DNA of 64,000 bases from Candidatus Heimdallarchaeota archaeon (GTDB taxonomy: Archaea; Asgardarchaeota; Heimdallarchaeia; Heimdallarchaeales; Heimdallarchaeaceae): positions 55,850-119,849 of the forward strand of contig JAEOSZ010000066.1 in NCBI GenBank assembly GCA_016840095.1. Reading direction: 5' to 3'. This document shows positions 41,854-51,830 of this stretch, in pieces. Positions within the stretch are counted from its first letter, which is position 1, and each line of letters opens with the position of its first letter. The notes under the pieces were generated by a model. The model ran no database searches. It was not told the DNA's origin and saw only the letters and a program-made list of their open reading frames with translations. A program made the translations under genes and the position numbers.

Positions 41854-42363
41854 ATGGTTAGATTCACCTTAATTACGGGAGAAGGAAAAGGGAAGACTAC
41901 TTTAAGTATGGGGACAATTTTTCGAAAGCAAAGAGAAGGTAAATCTATATTAGTTGTACAATTTCTGAAAACTGGAGTAAACTGTGGAGAATGTGTTTTT
42001 TTTGAAGATAAGGAAGGCATAAGATGGGTTACATTTGGAAAAGAAGAGTTCTTTCACTCTGAAACACAAAAAGAAGAGTATTCAATTTTAATGAGTAATA
42101 GTATCGACTTTCTAGAAGAAACATTGAAGAGTACTAACGTTGATGTGCTTCTTCTAGATGAAGCTGGAATTGCACTATATTTTGAATTGCTTTCATGGGA
42201 ACAGTTAGAAAGAATTTTTCATTATGTAACAGAAGATATCTTTCTAACTGGAAGAAAGTTTCCAGAAGAAATTAAATTAAAAGCTGATACAATAGTAGAA
42301 GTTGGAGAAATCAAACATCCATATACTAAAGGAATTGAAGCAAGGAAGGGAATTGATTTCTAA
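41854..42363 (+). CDS. cobO: Cob(I)alamin adenosyltransferase (CobO/BtuR)
   Basis: TGEGKGKTT, QFLK, LLDE, LTGR and KHPY.KG..AR.GIDF motifs. Confidence 0.9.
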   Translation: MVRFTLITGEGKGKTTLSMGTIFRKQREGKSILVVQFLKTGVNCGECVFFEDKEGIRWVTFGKEEFFHSETQKEEYSILMSNSIDFLEETLKSTNVDVLLLDEAGIALYFELLSWEQLERIFHYVTEDIFLTGRKFPEEIKLKADTIVEVGEIKHPYTKGIEARKGIDF

Positions 42364-42510
42364 ACATGATTCTTTCTCTAAAGATTGCTTTATTTCAGCA
42401 TTTCATTACTTTCAAAACACCGTCTCCCTTAGAAGAAGTTAAATTTAAAGAATAATAAGTGTAAAATAAGTATTATCTTTAAATACTCTAACCTCTTCGG
42501 AGTAATAGCA

Positions 42511-43836
42511 GTGGTGCATAATATGAGTAAAGAAACACAGGAAGAAACCACTATACCTGATCCAAAGGAAATTGAAGAACAGTATGAGGAACATCTCATC
42601 GAAATAACAGAAGAAGAACAGAAGAGCTCAAAAAAGAAAGAAGCAAAAGAAAATCTTAAGCTTAAAGATGTTCCAGGTTTAGGTAAAAAAACCCTGGATA
42701 TTTTGACAGAAAATGAAATTACATCTATTGAAGGCTTGATGACTACAAGACTCATTGAATTACAAACAATGGGTATTCAAAGAGCAATAGCAAAAAAGGT
42801 TAGAGCTGAAATAGTCTCCACAGTTCCAAAATACAAATTCTTCAAAGAAGAAATTGGTCTGGAGGATTTACCTGGGGTTGGGAAAGCAACAGCTGATATG
42901 TTAAGAGAAAAGGGATTAAATGTTTATCTTCTTGAAACAACTCCTATTAGAGAGTTAGAAGAGAAGTATGGGATTACTTCAAGTGCTGCAAAAAAATATA
43001 AAGAATCGCTTAGTGAAATTCGCGGAGGAATGGAGTTCATAAATGCTTTTGATATAATGGAAAAGCAGATGGAATCTCCAGCTTTTTCTTACGGGATTAA
43101 GGCATTAGATGCACTAACCACAATAGAAGAGCTAAATGTTGCAGGAGTGAGGCTTGGAGAAACATTAGAGCTCTTTGGACCTTTCCGATCTGGAAAGTCT
43201 CAATTATGCCACCAGCTTTGTGTAACTGTCCAATTACCACCTGAATTAGGAGGAGTTGGTAAAAAAGCTGTTTTTATTGATACTGAAGGAACATTTTCTC
43301 CTAGTAGAATTAAAGCTATTCATGGAAAACTACAGAAGGATTTAGGCTGGGAAAAGAATTTTGAGGACGTTCTTAGAGATATAACTTATGCTAGGGCATA
43401 TAATTCTGATCACCAAATGACTCTAGCAGAAAGACTGCTTGAATTGTTTTACAATCACAAGGATGAATATGGTTTTGTTGCTCTTGACTCAGCTACAGCA
43501 CACTTTAGAGCAGAATATGCTGGAAGGGGCACTCTTGCTGAAAGACAACAAACGATTAATTATCATCTAGGAATACTCGGAAGATTAGCAGATACATATA
43601 ATGTAGCTGTTGCAATAACAAATCAAGTTCAATCAAACCCAGCAGCTTTCTTTGGTGACCCAACTCAAGCTATTGGAGGAAATATTCTTGGTCACTGGGC
43701 TACAACTAGATTCTATTTGAGGAAATCTAAAGGTGAAAAGCGAATTATCCGAATTTACGATTCACCATATTTACCAGAATCAGAAGCCGTGTTTGCTATA
43801 ACACCAGAAGGCTGTGTAGATGTAGAAGGAGATTAA
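42511..43836 (+). CDS. radA: DNA repair/recombination protein RadA with duplicated N-terminal HhH domains
   Basis: ELFGPFRSGKSQLCH, IDTEGTF, HFRAEYAGRGTLAERQQ and DSPYLPE motifs. Confidence 0.93.
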   Translation: MVHNMSKETQEETTIPDPKEIEEQYEEHLIEITEEEQKSSKKKEAKENLKLKDVPGLGKKTLDILTENEITSIEGLMTTRLIELQTMGIQRAIAKKVRAEIVSTVPKYKFFKEEIGLEDLPGVGKATADMLREKGLNVYLLETTPIRELEEKYGITSSAAKKYKESLSEIRGGMEFINAFDIMEKQMESPAFSYGIKALDALTTIEELNVAGVRLGETLELFGPFRSGKSQLCHQLCVTVQLPPELGGVGKKAVFIDTEGTFSPSRIKAIHGKLQKDLGWEKNFEDVLRDITYARAYNSDHQMTLAERLLELFYNHKDEYGFVALDSATAHFRAEYAGRGTLAERQQTINYHLGILGRLADTYNVAVAITNQVQSNPAAFFGDPTQAIGGNILGHWATTRFYLRKSKGEKRIIRIYDSPYLPESEAVFAITPEGCVDVEGD

Positions 43837-43854
43837 TCCACCTCATTTTTTTCA

Positions 43855-44487
43855 TTATTGAATATGAGTACCACAAGTTCCACAAAACTTCCAATTCATA
43901 TTAACAACAGATTTACAATAAGGACATTTACTTTTATATTCTCGTGGAATGTGAGAAGCGTTAATTTGATTTGAATTTCCATATTTTGTTAAATGAGAAA
44001 CTCCCATCATTTCAGTGGGTTCTGGTTCTAAATCATCTAACAAACTAGTCTCTCTAAGTGAACTTCTTTGATGGTTATCATACTTTGTTTGTGTATCTCT
44101 TATTGAAGATTCTGCGAATAGACTTTGGATATCCATATCGTTGAAATTCATTTGAACAGGATCTGAATAAAACTTGTTTGGAGCAGATTGATTAAGCACT
44201 GAATGTGAATCTAAATCAATACTATATGATGATAATGAAGAATCTACCAACTCTTCCTTTGACATGTTAAGTTGATCGAATATTTTACAGTGATCAGATA
44301 TTGGACATGAAATGCTCTTAAATTCAAGATTTGGGGAAGGATCTATAAAGGTTCGTCCAATTAACAAAGATCCATTTAAGGGGTGAATTTTCAAGCCTTG
44401 TTCAAGGAGAGCCTTAAGAACCTCTTTCGGATCATAAGATTCTCCATTTATCTCTATGATACCCTTAATATCACTTAAATTCATCAT
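43855..44487 (-). CDS. Hypothetical protein with C-terminal zinc ribbon
   Basis: CPYCK...WKFCGTCG motif. Confidence 0.65.
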   Translation of the reverse strand: MMNLSDIKGIIEINGESYDPKEVLKALLEQGLKIHPLNGSLLIGRTFIDPSPNLEFKSISCPISDHCKIFDQLNMSKEELVDSSLSSYSIDLDSHSVLNQSAPNKFYSDPVQMNFNDMDIQSLFAESSIRDTQTKYDNHQRSSLRETSLLDDLEPEPTEMMGVSHLTKYGNSNQINASHIPREYKSKCPYCKSVVNMNWKFCGTCGTHIQ

Positions 44488-44567
44488 AACATGTACTAGT
44501 TGAGATTATAAGGTTAAAAAATAAGTATTATATCAATATGAACGGGGGTATTACTTTAAAAACAAAC

Positions 44568-45251
44568 CTATCCATCTTGATATTTTAAGTGAATTGCTTT
44601 GGTTACTCTTGTTAACCAGTCATCTAATTTGCCTATTAGTTCAGAATGAACTTCTGGTAGTAGTATGTCACCTTCAGGCATTTTTGAAACTCTTTGAACC
44701 CACGAATTAAGTTCGTATAACATGGGGGACATTCCTACTTGGGTTTCAACTTCGTCCCTTAGTTCTTCCAACATCTTTCCTATGTTACCACAGCTACTAG
44801 TTGGATTAATCATTTGGGTTATGTGCTTGAATTTCTTAGAAACAGCATCAAATGCTGCATCTGCTGCAGCAGAGACTCCATCACCTTCATCTTCTTCAGC
44901 TAAAGCGGGAGAAGAGTATTCTGCAGGAGGTGGTTCAGCAACTACTTCAGCCGGAGGTGCAGATTGTTTTTTGGGTTTTGCTTTCGCAGGAGGTTGAACA
45001 GCTACAGATCCCAACCCATCTATTTTTGTGTTGAGATTTGCTATCATGTCTTTAATTCCAGGAATTTCACCAAGTTTAAGACCTACTTCAGAAACTTGAG
45101 TTTCAACATTAGAAAAGCCGGTCATCTTTGTTTCAAGCTGTGTAATTTGAGTTGATAGTTTAGAAATTGCATCGTTTACGTTTTGAACAAGTGTTGATAG
45201 TTTATTGATCGAATTGATTAGTTGAACTAACATTTCCTCAGGATTGCTCAT
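44568..45251 (-). CDS. Hypothetical coiled-coil protein with Pro/Ala linker
   Basis: N-terminal heptads, P/A-rich linker and helical C-terminal domain. Confidence 0.6.
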   Translation of the reverse strand: MSNPEEMLVQLINSINKLSTLVQNVNDAISKLSTQITQLETKMTGFSNVETQVSEVGLKLGEIPGIKDMIANLNTKIDGLGSVAVQPPAKAKPKKQSAPPAEVVAEPPPAEYSSPALAEEDEGDGVSAAADAAFDAVSKKFKHITQMINPTSSCGNIGKMLEELRDEVETQVGMSPMLYELNSWVQRVSKMPEGDILLPEVHSELIGKLDDWLTRVTKAIHLKYQDG

Positions 45252-45404
45252 AAATATTCACAAGTATGATTCAATATTAAAATTAAAAAAATTTGTGGCT
45301 TAGGCGTATTCAAAAAATCACTTCAATTTAGTTGTTGAATCAAATTTCGTATAGGAGAGACGTAATCTTAATATATCTAGCAAACTTTTCATAAATGAAG
45401 GCTA

Positions 45405-45569
45405 ATGAGCGAAAGAGACATCGTGGAATTACTGGTTAGATGGCGTTCTGTAGCAATGATGCTAGAAAGAAAAGAGTTTGAGAAAATTGCAGGAGATCAA
45501 AAAGGGTTAATTGCTGCAATACTTATGATATTATTGGAAATGCAGAACAAAGGTTCAGGTGGATTCTAA
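45405..45569 (+). CDS. Small 54-aa protein ending in GSGGF, upstream of E2; missing from ORF track
   Basis: Hand translation MSERDIVELLVRWRSVAMMLERKEFEKIAGDQKGLIAAILMILLEMQNKGSGGF*. It fills a relatively GC-rich gap and has a TATA-like TTAATATA upstream. Confidence 0.55.
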   Translation: MSERDIVELLVRWRSVAMMLERKEFEKIAGDQKGLIAAILMILLEMQNKGSGGF

Positions 45570-45606
45570 TTACAGCTGTCCTCTAAAAACGAGTGGATAT
45601 GAGTTA

Positions 45607-46074
45607 ATGTTAGCAGAAGAAGAATTTTGGCCAAGAATAGCAATTGAAGCTAATGAATTAAAGAAAGAACTGCCAACTTTCAAACCTGTTGACGGAAATA
45701 CGCTTCAGTGGAGAGGGTTTATCTTTGGAGCGGGATTATACGAGAATGGTGTTTTTGTTCTTGAAGTAGAAATTCCTAGGGAATATCCTTTCAAACCACC
45801 AAAGGTAAAGATGCTTACAAAAGTTTTTCATGCAAACGTATTTGATACAAGAATATGTGTTGGAGTTTTAGGTGCAGATTGGACTCCAGCTAACAATTTA
45901 GTTGATGTTATTGAATCAATTCGTTTTATTTTAAGCAATCCAAATCCTGATGATCCCTTAAATTCAACAGCGGCAAATCTGATGAAAAGAGATCCTAAAG
46001 AGTATGCTAGAAAAGTTCGAGAATATGTAGAAAAGTATGCCACTTTTGACCAAATTGGTAAATATAGCTTGTAA
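45607..46074 (+). CDS. Ubiquitin-conjugating enzyme E2 (UBC fold)
   Basis: W.G.I.G...YE.G.F, YPFKPPKV, HANV...ICV (catalytic Cys), W.P and PNPDDPLN..AA motifs. Confidence 0.93.
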   Translation: MLAEEEFWPRIAIEANELKKELPTFKPVDGNTLQWRGFIFGAGLYENGVFVLEVEIPREYPFKPPKVKMLTKVFHANVFDTRICVGVLGADWTPANNLVDVIESIRFILSNPNPDDPLNSTAANLMKRDPKEYARKVREYVEKYATFDQIGKYSL

Positions 46075-46148
46075 AAGTTTACTTTTTATTCAGTATAAAG
46101 CTATCATCATAAGGAATTTTTATTTAGAGATAAGAAAATTATAAATCG

Positions 46149-46958
46149 ATGTCACAGGGTTACATACAAGAAATTTTCTCAAGTTTCCAAGGTGAAGGAG
46201 CTTCAGTTGAAGGAAGCTGCTATGGATTAAGACAAATTTTTATTAGATTCTCAGGTTGTCCTCTAGCTTTGGGGGTCCATGGAACAAAAGGTTGTATTTG
46301 GTGTGATTCACCTAAATCATGGAACACAACTCCAAAAAAATGTTACATTGAAACAAAAGCAGGTACTCAATCATTTGAAGAAATGGCTAACCCTTTGACT
46401 TCAAAAGATGTATTGGATATAGTTAAAAGACTTTCAACAAAAGATCTACATTCTGTAAGTTTGACAGGAGGAGAACCCTTGTATCAAGAATCATTTGTAT
46501 CTGATATTATTACTTCTCTCAAGGAAGCTGGATACAAAACATATCTCGAAACAGCATACACGGATAATTTCCAATTTCTAGAAGAAATATCCGAAAAAAT
46601 CGATTATGCTTGCGTAGATATTAAAGATAAAACAGCAGATGCTGCATCGGAATGGAAAAAACTTGTAGTTCAAGAAGTAGAAATGGGCAGAATCTTGAAA
46701 GATGCTGGATCCAAAGTATTTGCAAAAACGGTTATAACCAAAGCCTCAAAAAAAGAGGATTTTGAATTTATAGCAAAAATGTGTGGTTCAATAAGACTTC
46801 CCATTGTTATTCAATTTGTTACACCAACTTCAAAATCAAAAGTTGAACAACCAACATGGAAACAAATAGATGAGTTTTCTCAAATTGCGGGGAAGTATCT
46901 ACCACCAAATAGAATAGGCATATCAATACAAATGCACAAAGCCATAGAAATCTTGTAG
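46149..46958 (+). CDS. queE: 7-carboxy-7-deazaguanine synthase QueE
   Basis: EIFSSFQGEG, FIRFSGC(x11)CIWCD, LTGGEPL and QMHK motifs. Confidence 0.9.
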   Translation: MSQGYIQEIFSSFQGEGASVEGSCYGLRQIFIRFSGCPLALGVHGTKGCIWCDSPKSWNTTPKKCYIETKAGTQSFEEMANPLTSKDVLDIVKRLSTKDLHSVSLTGGEPLYQESFVSDIITSLKEAGYKTYLETAYTDNFQFLEEISEKIDYACVDIKDKTADAASEWKKLVVQEVEMGRILKDAGSKVFAKTVITKASKKEDFEFIAKMCGSIRLPIVIQFVTPTSKSKVEQPTWKQIDEFSQIAGKYLPPNRIGISIQMHKAIEIL

Positions 46959-46966
46959 GGAAAAAA

Positions 46967-47938
46967 ATGAATCTAAATAGTAGAAAACTATCAGATGTTC
47001 AAGCGGATGAATCAAAAATTCAGATAGGTATCAGAAGAGTTGGTATCAGTGATATTCCAAAAATAATCCGTCGAAAACGTTTTGGAGAATATAATGAATT
47101 ATCAGCAAGAATCGATGTATATGTAGATTTATTGCCTTCAAAACGGGGAATTCACATGTCTCGGAATCTTGAAGCAATCAATGAAGCAATATCAAAACTT
47201 ACTGGAGAAGTAATTTCTGATAGTGAAGAATTATGTGCCAAAATTGCTGAAAAAGTGCTTTCTATCCAACCTGGAGCTACTAATGCTGAAGTTAAATTAA
47301 CTGCGGATTATGAGTTGGAAACATTTTCTGAAGCAGTAAATAGGAAAAAATCCAGTGTTCATAAATTACGAGCTGGAGCTCTTGCTCAGAAAAACGGAGA
47401 GAATGTTACAGTAACCAAAATAATAGGAGCAGAAGTTGAAGGTACTACTGTCTGTCCTTGTTCTCAAGAATTATCAAAGGATTTTTCAAAAGAAAAACTT
47501 ACAGAAGAAGGATTTACAGAAGAACAAATAGATTTTGTTCTTGAAAATATTCCATTGGCTTCTCATAATCAAAGGTCAAAGTCGATTTTAGTTCTAGAGC
47601 AACCAAGAAATGCAGAGAGAATAGAATTAGAAGACATTATTGAGATTCTTGAGAACTCGATGAGCTCACCAACTCATGAAGTACTAAAACGAAAAGATGA
47701 ACAGGCTGTGGTGCTCTATGCACATCAGCACCCTGCTTTTGTAGAAGATGTTGTACGAACTATTTTACAGAAAGTTGCCAAAAAATATGCAAATCAACAT
47801 CCAGAAACTATGATTTGTGTAAAACAAATTAATTATGAAAGCATACATCAGCATAACGCAGTTGCAGAAGTTAGAACCTCTTTGAAGGAATTGCTAAAAC
47901 AACTTAATGGATTAAAAAAAGATGAAGAAGATAAGTAA
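46967..47938 (+). CDS. GTP cyclohydrolase, FolE2/MptA family
   Basis: RGIHMSR, T.CPCS, HNQRS, FVEDVVR and ESIHQHNA motifs. Confidence 0.9.
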   Translation: MNLNSRKLSDVQADESKIQIGIRRVGISDIPKIIRRKRFGEYNELSARIDVYVDLLPSKRGIHMSRNLEAINEAISKLTGEVISDSEELCAKIAEKVLSIQPGATNAEVKLTADYELETFSEAVNRKKSSVHKLRAGALAQKNGENVTVTKIIGAEVEGTTVCPCSQELSKDFSKEKLTEEGFTEEQIDFVLENIPLASHNQRSKSILVLEQPRNAERIELEDIIEILENSMSSPTHEVLKRKDEQAVVLYAHQHPAFVEDVVRTILQKVAKKYANQHPETMICVKQINYESIHQHNAVAEVRTSLKELLKQLNGLKKDEEDK

Positions 47939-48539
47939 ACCGCCTTACACCATAATATTAGAAGATTTTTCTAATGAAATAATATATGATGGATCACAAA
48001 TATCTAGCCACTATGTTGCAGATAGATATGGTGTAATTGGTGATAGTATTTTAATTTTCAGAGGTGGGATGAAATTATCTCCAAAAGAAATGGTGGATAT
48101 TAAGGATATCATTAGAGAATCACATTTAAGCGATATCTTAATTAGTTCTGATGATAGCTTACACTTCATAATTGAAGAGTTTGATATACAACCACCAAAT
48201 ATGGAAATAGAATATTATAGATTAAGAATATTAGCTCAAACAATCATTGATATCTTGAAAGAAAGAGAGATAGAAACAGAAAGAAAAAGTACAGATATTT
48301 TTATTGGTGGCAAGAAATTGAATGTTGGGATTGCTACAGTCGGAATATCTAGCAGTAAAATCCATTTTGGATTAAATGTTCTAAGTACAGGAGTACCTGA
48401 ACATGTTCAAGCTATTGGATTAGCAGACCTTGGAATTACAAAAGAAGAAACACAATCTTTAGCGATTAATATTGCAGAAAATTATGTTTATGAAATATCA
48501 AGAATCAAAGAGGATGTTGCAAAAACTAGAACAATATAG
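47922..48539 (+). CDS. DUF366 family protein (BPL/LplA-like fold)
   Basis: YDGSQI, GDSI..FRG, MVD.KD, LHFI.E.FD and IHFG.NV motifs. Confidence 0.85.
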   Translation: MKKISKPPYTIILEDFSNEIIYDGSQISSHYVADRYGVIGDSILIFRGGMKLSPKEMVDIKDIIRESHLSDILISSDDSLHFIIEEFDIQPPNMEIEYYRLRILAQTIIDILKEREIETERKSTDIFIGGKKLNVGIATVGISSSKIHFGLNVLSTGVPEHVQAIGLADLGITKEETQSLAINIAENYVYEISRIKEDVAKTRTI

Positions 48540-49001
48540 GTGAAAAAAATGAAATTAAAAATCTCTGGTGATAAACTGACTCTAGCTTCAGCGCACATGT
48601 TAACTAGACATGACAAATGTGCCCGTATTCACGGTCATAATTATAATATTGAGGTTGAAGTAGAAGGAGAAGTTGATGAAAATAGTATGTTAATAGATTT
48701 CGGTATCTTCAAAACAGCTGTTGGAAAAATAATAAAACAATATGATCATAGAATTCTTATTCCTGAATATAATAAGGATCTGAATATTTCCATCATCGAT
48801 GATCAAATTACTATTGAAACATGTGAGGGAAAATTCTATCGATTCCCAAAAGACGATGTGATTTTGATGCCTTTAGAAGCTACTACTGTTGAATTACTAG
48901 CAAAATATTTTCACAATTTAATAAAAGAACAATATCCTCAGTTCAAAGTAACTGTTACAATGGCAGAAACACCTACAAGTGTTGTATCATATACAGAGTA
49001 A
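48540..49001 (+). CDS. queD: 6-carboxy-tetrahydropterin synthase QueD
   Basis: SAH, C.RIHGHNY, DFG, DH, T.E.LA and ETP motifs. Confidence 0.92.
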   Translation: MKKMKLKISGDKLTLASAHMLTRHDKCARIHGHNYNIEVEVEGEVDENSMLIDFGIFKTAVGKIIKQYDHRILIPEYNKDLNISIIDDQITIETCEGKFYRFPKDDVILMPLEATTVELLAKYFHNLIKEQYPQFKVTVTMAETPTSVVSYTE

Positions 49002-49049
49002 GATAGTTTATAGAAAATAATACATGAATAATACGAAAATAAAGGTGAA

Positions 49050-49781
49050 ATGAGTAAGAGAAACATGAAAAAAGCAATAGTTTTGTTTTCTGGTGGATTG
49101 GATTCAACCGCATGTCTATACTGGGCATTGCAGAAATATGACGAAATACTGTTACTAAGTTTTCTCTATGGGAGCAAAGAGGATCAAACTATCAATAAGA
49201 TTAGCAAAACTTTTTCTTCTCTACTTTCTATAAAAAGCAAAATCATCCACTTACCCTTTCTTGAAGAGTTTTCTCAACAAGCTGGTTCTAGTCTCACACA
49301 AGTGGAGAAGAAATTACCTAAAATTGAGTCTTTTGAACAATTAGATGAAGAAGAACTAACTCAATTAACTGCTAAGGAAGTATGGGTGCCTGGAAGAAAC
49401 ATTCTCTTTTTATCAATAGCAGCTTCTTTGGCTGATAGTTCAGAAGTACCAACAGATATTATCTTCGGTGCAAATCAAGAAGAAGGGACTACTTTTCCTG
49501 ATAATACATTAGATTTCGTTAATAGGATGAATAATGCAATAGAATTAGGATGTTTAAATCAAATTAAAGTTCAAGCTCCTTTTCATGATTCAGATAAAAA
49601 AGGAATTGCTATTTTTCTGTGTGAAAATAAGGCAGAAATAGGCTTTTCATCATCATGCTATCAAGTAGTTGAATGGACAAAAGAGGGAAAACCAGTTCAT
49701 TGTGGTACCTGTGAATCATGTCAAAGAAGAAGAAGATCTTTTGTACAAGCAAACATTGATGACCCGACTGTCTATAAGTAA
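49050..49781 (+). CDS. queC: 7-cyano-7-deazaguanine synthase QueC
   Basis: SGGLDS, VPGRN, FPD and SCY...HCGTCESC motifs. Confidence 0.93.
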   Translation: MSKRNMKKAIVLFSGGLDSTACLYWALQKYDEILLLSFLYGSKEDQTINKISKTFSSLLSIKSKIIHLPFLEEFSQQAGSSLTQVEKKLPKIESFEQLDEEELTQLTAKEVWVPGRNILFLSIAASLADSSEVPTDIIFGANQEEGTTFPDNTLDFVNRMNNAIELGCLNQIKVQAPFHDSDKKGIAIFLCENKAEIGFSSSCYQVVEWTKEGKPVHCGTCESCQRRRRSFVQANIDDPTVYK

Positions 49782-49840
49782 CTAGTAGAAAAAACGTTTT
49801 TATGTGTGAACATACATAGTGTTGACACTGGGGTATTACC

Positions 49841-50440
49841 ATGGGACTTCGTGTTTTTTCAGTAAGGAGGGATGGCAGTTATACTGAAGTACCTGCAAAA
49901 AGAGAGAGTTTTTATGAAGATAATGGAGCATATCTGATTGTAGATAGAGTAGAAAAAATGATCTATATCTATAGAAAAGATGGAATTCCTTCCTCATTAG
50001 CCTATTGGGCAGGAAGAGCAGCTACAAATCTCAAAATAAGAAAAGGTTCGAAATATCAAATCATAAACATTGAACAAGAAGAAAGAGATAGAATTTTGCC
50101 AGATTTAATAAACAAATTAGAAGAAATTGCTTATACAGAGACCTCAATTTCACCAAAACCAGATTTAGGTGGCAAAGCATTTGTTTATGGTGAAAAAACG
50201 ATACCTGTTAGTCATTTGACAAAACATACAACACATGAAATCAAAACAGAACAAAAAATTAGTCAAGTGAAACAGGTTTTAGGTTCATATGATTCTGATA
50301 AAACAATCAAAATGCTAGTATCTAAAATTTTGTCTAGCTCAGATATCGAATTATTGAGAAATGTTGAGAAACCGCTACGAAGCAAACTGAGAAGTGAATT
50401 GATAGATAAAATAGATTATCTCTTAGAAATAATATACTAA
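49841..50440 (+). CDS. Gelsolin-like domain protein (Asgard type)
   Basis: N-terminal ..YLIVD....IYIY.......A.RAA..L......I..IEQ pattern of a single gelsolin domain. Confidence 0.55.
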   Translation: MGLRVFSVRRDGSYTEVPAKRESFYEDNGAYLIVDRVEKMIYIYRKDGIPSSLAYWAGRAATNLKIRKGSKYQIINIEQEERDRILPDLINKLEEIAYTETSISPKPDLGGKAFVYGEKTIPVSHLTKHTTHEIKTEQKISQVKQVLGSYDSDKTIKMLVSKILSSSDIELLRNVEKPLRSKLRSELIDKIDYLLEIIY

Positions 50441-50459
50441 AAAAATAATTAATCTTAAA

Positions 50460-51785
50460 CTACTTCTTTTTTCTAATTTTTGCAATAAAGAATCCTTCTG
50501 TTTGATGTAAATGAGGAAATAGTTCTTGTACTTCCCCAAAAGGTGTGTTCATAATTTTTCCAATAATAGGGAGTGGTTTTTCTAAACTAAAGTTATCATT
50601 CTCCTCAAGAAAAGATGTTATAATATGTTGATTCTCATCGTGAAATAGCGAACAAGTCGAGTATACGATAACTCCATTTGGAGTAATTAATCTTGAAGCT
50701 TCTTCTAATAGATCTGTTTGTAGATCCACATACCACCGTAAATCCCTTTTATTCAATTTCCACTTATTTTCTGGACGGGAAGAATATGTTCCAGAGCTAG
50801 AACAAGGAGGATCAACCAATATTCTATCAAATTTTTTATCAGTGTATTGGTTAAATTTCTTAGAATCATATTGTACAATTTTTATATTTTGCACACCAAG
50901 CAATTTCATTCTTTCCTCTAGAATTTTAACACGCTCAGGATTAATATCCACTGCTGTAATCATTGATTTGTTATGTAACAAAGCTGCTATATGTGAAGTT
51001 TTACTTCCTGGAGAAGCACACATGTCAAGTATTAAATCGTCGGGTTTTGAATCAAGAACAAGAGAAGCTAAAGCAGAAGCTTTCTGTTGAATCACAATTT
51101 TACCTCTTTGGAACTCCTCTGTACGAGGGATTGGAATCGAGGTGCTTTCGATTCTAAGCAAATTCGGTATATCAGTATCTTCTGTAAAAGAAATTTCTTG
51201 TTGCTTGAATCCTGTTTTAACTTCTTCAACATCTGATTTTAGCTCATTAACCCTTACATACGTTGGAATAGTTTCAAGAAATGTTGAAAGCAATTCTTTT
51301 GTAAAATCTTCACCCCATTGGTCAATAAATTTTCTTATAACCCATGTAGGAGTAAAAAAGTCCAGAGCTGCTTTTGAAGCAAAATCATGTTTATTCTCAT
51401 AAATTATATCCTTAGTTAAATCTTTTATAGAATGAAGTATAGGTTCTAGTCCTAAATCTGCTATGCCCCTATATTGTGGTTGTAATAATTCAACTACTTC
51501 AGAGATTGGTTTTTCTTCAATTTTAAGTAATTGAGTAGCAAATCTCAAAAGAGCTCTCATCCTGAAGTTAATTTTCTTCAAGGAAAACGAGGAAGAACTT
51601 GTTTTAATGTAATGATCTATCAGATTTAGTCTTCTGTATATCTCAAAAACATGATAGTAAAGTAAAGATTCTTCAGAATCTGTTAAATCGTTCTCCTGAA
51701 CATGAAATCGGAGAACAGATCTTATTGAACGACCTTCATCTACTTGCGTAAGTGAGGTTAGAATTAACGGAACTAGGTTACTCAT
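50460..51785 (-). CDS. RsmB/NOP2-family RNA m5C methyltransferase with NusB-like N-domain
   Basis: DMCASPGSKT, DPPCSSSG, VYSTCS and EGFFIA motifs. Confidence 0.92.
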   Translation of the reverse strand: MSNLVPLILTSLTQVDEGRSIRSVLRFHVQENDLTDSEESLLYYHVFEIYRRLNLIDHYIKTSSSSFSLKKINFRMRALLRFATQLLKIEEKPISEVVELLQPQYRGIADLGLEPILHSIKDLTKDIIYENKHDFASKAALDFFTPTWVIRKFIDQWGEDFTKELLSTFLETIPTYVRVNELKSDVEEVKTGFKQQEISFTEDTDIPNLLRIESTSIPIPRTEEFQRGKIVIQQKASALASLVLDSKPDDLILDMCASPGSKTSHIAALLHNKSMITAVDINPERVKILEERMKLLGVQNIKIVQYDSKKFNQYTDKKFDRILVDPPCSSSGTYSSRPENKWKLNKRDLRWYVDLQTDLLEEASRLITPNGVIVYSTCSLFHDENQHIITSFLEENDNFSLEKPLPIIGKIMNTPFGEVQELFPHLHQTEGFFIAKIRKKK

Positions 51786-51830
51786 GTTCTCCCCCTAATT
51801 TGTAATGGTTGATTATACTACTTAAATCTA

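Noticed and set aside
46149-49781. DNA 7-deazaguanine modification (dpd) defence island
   Set aside because: No dpdA/TGT-like or other dpd genes are nearby; tRNA archaeosine precursor synthesis is the simpler explanation.
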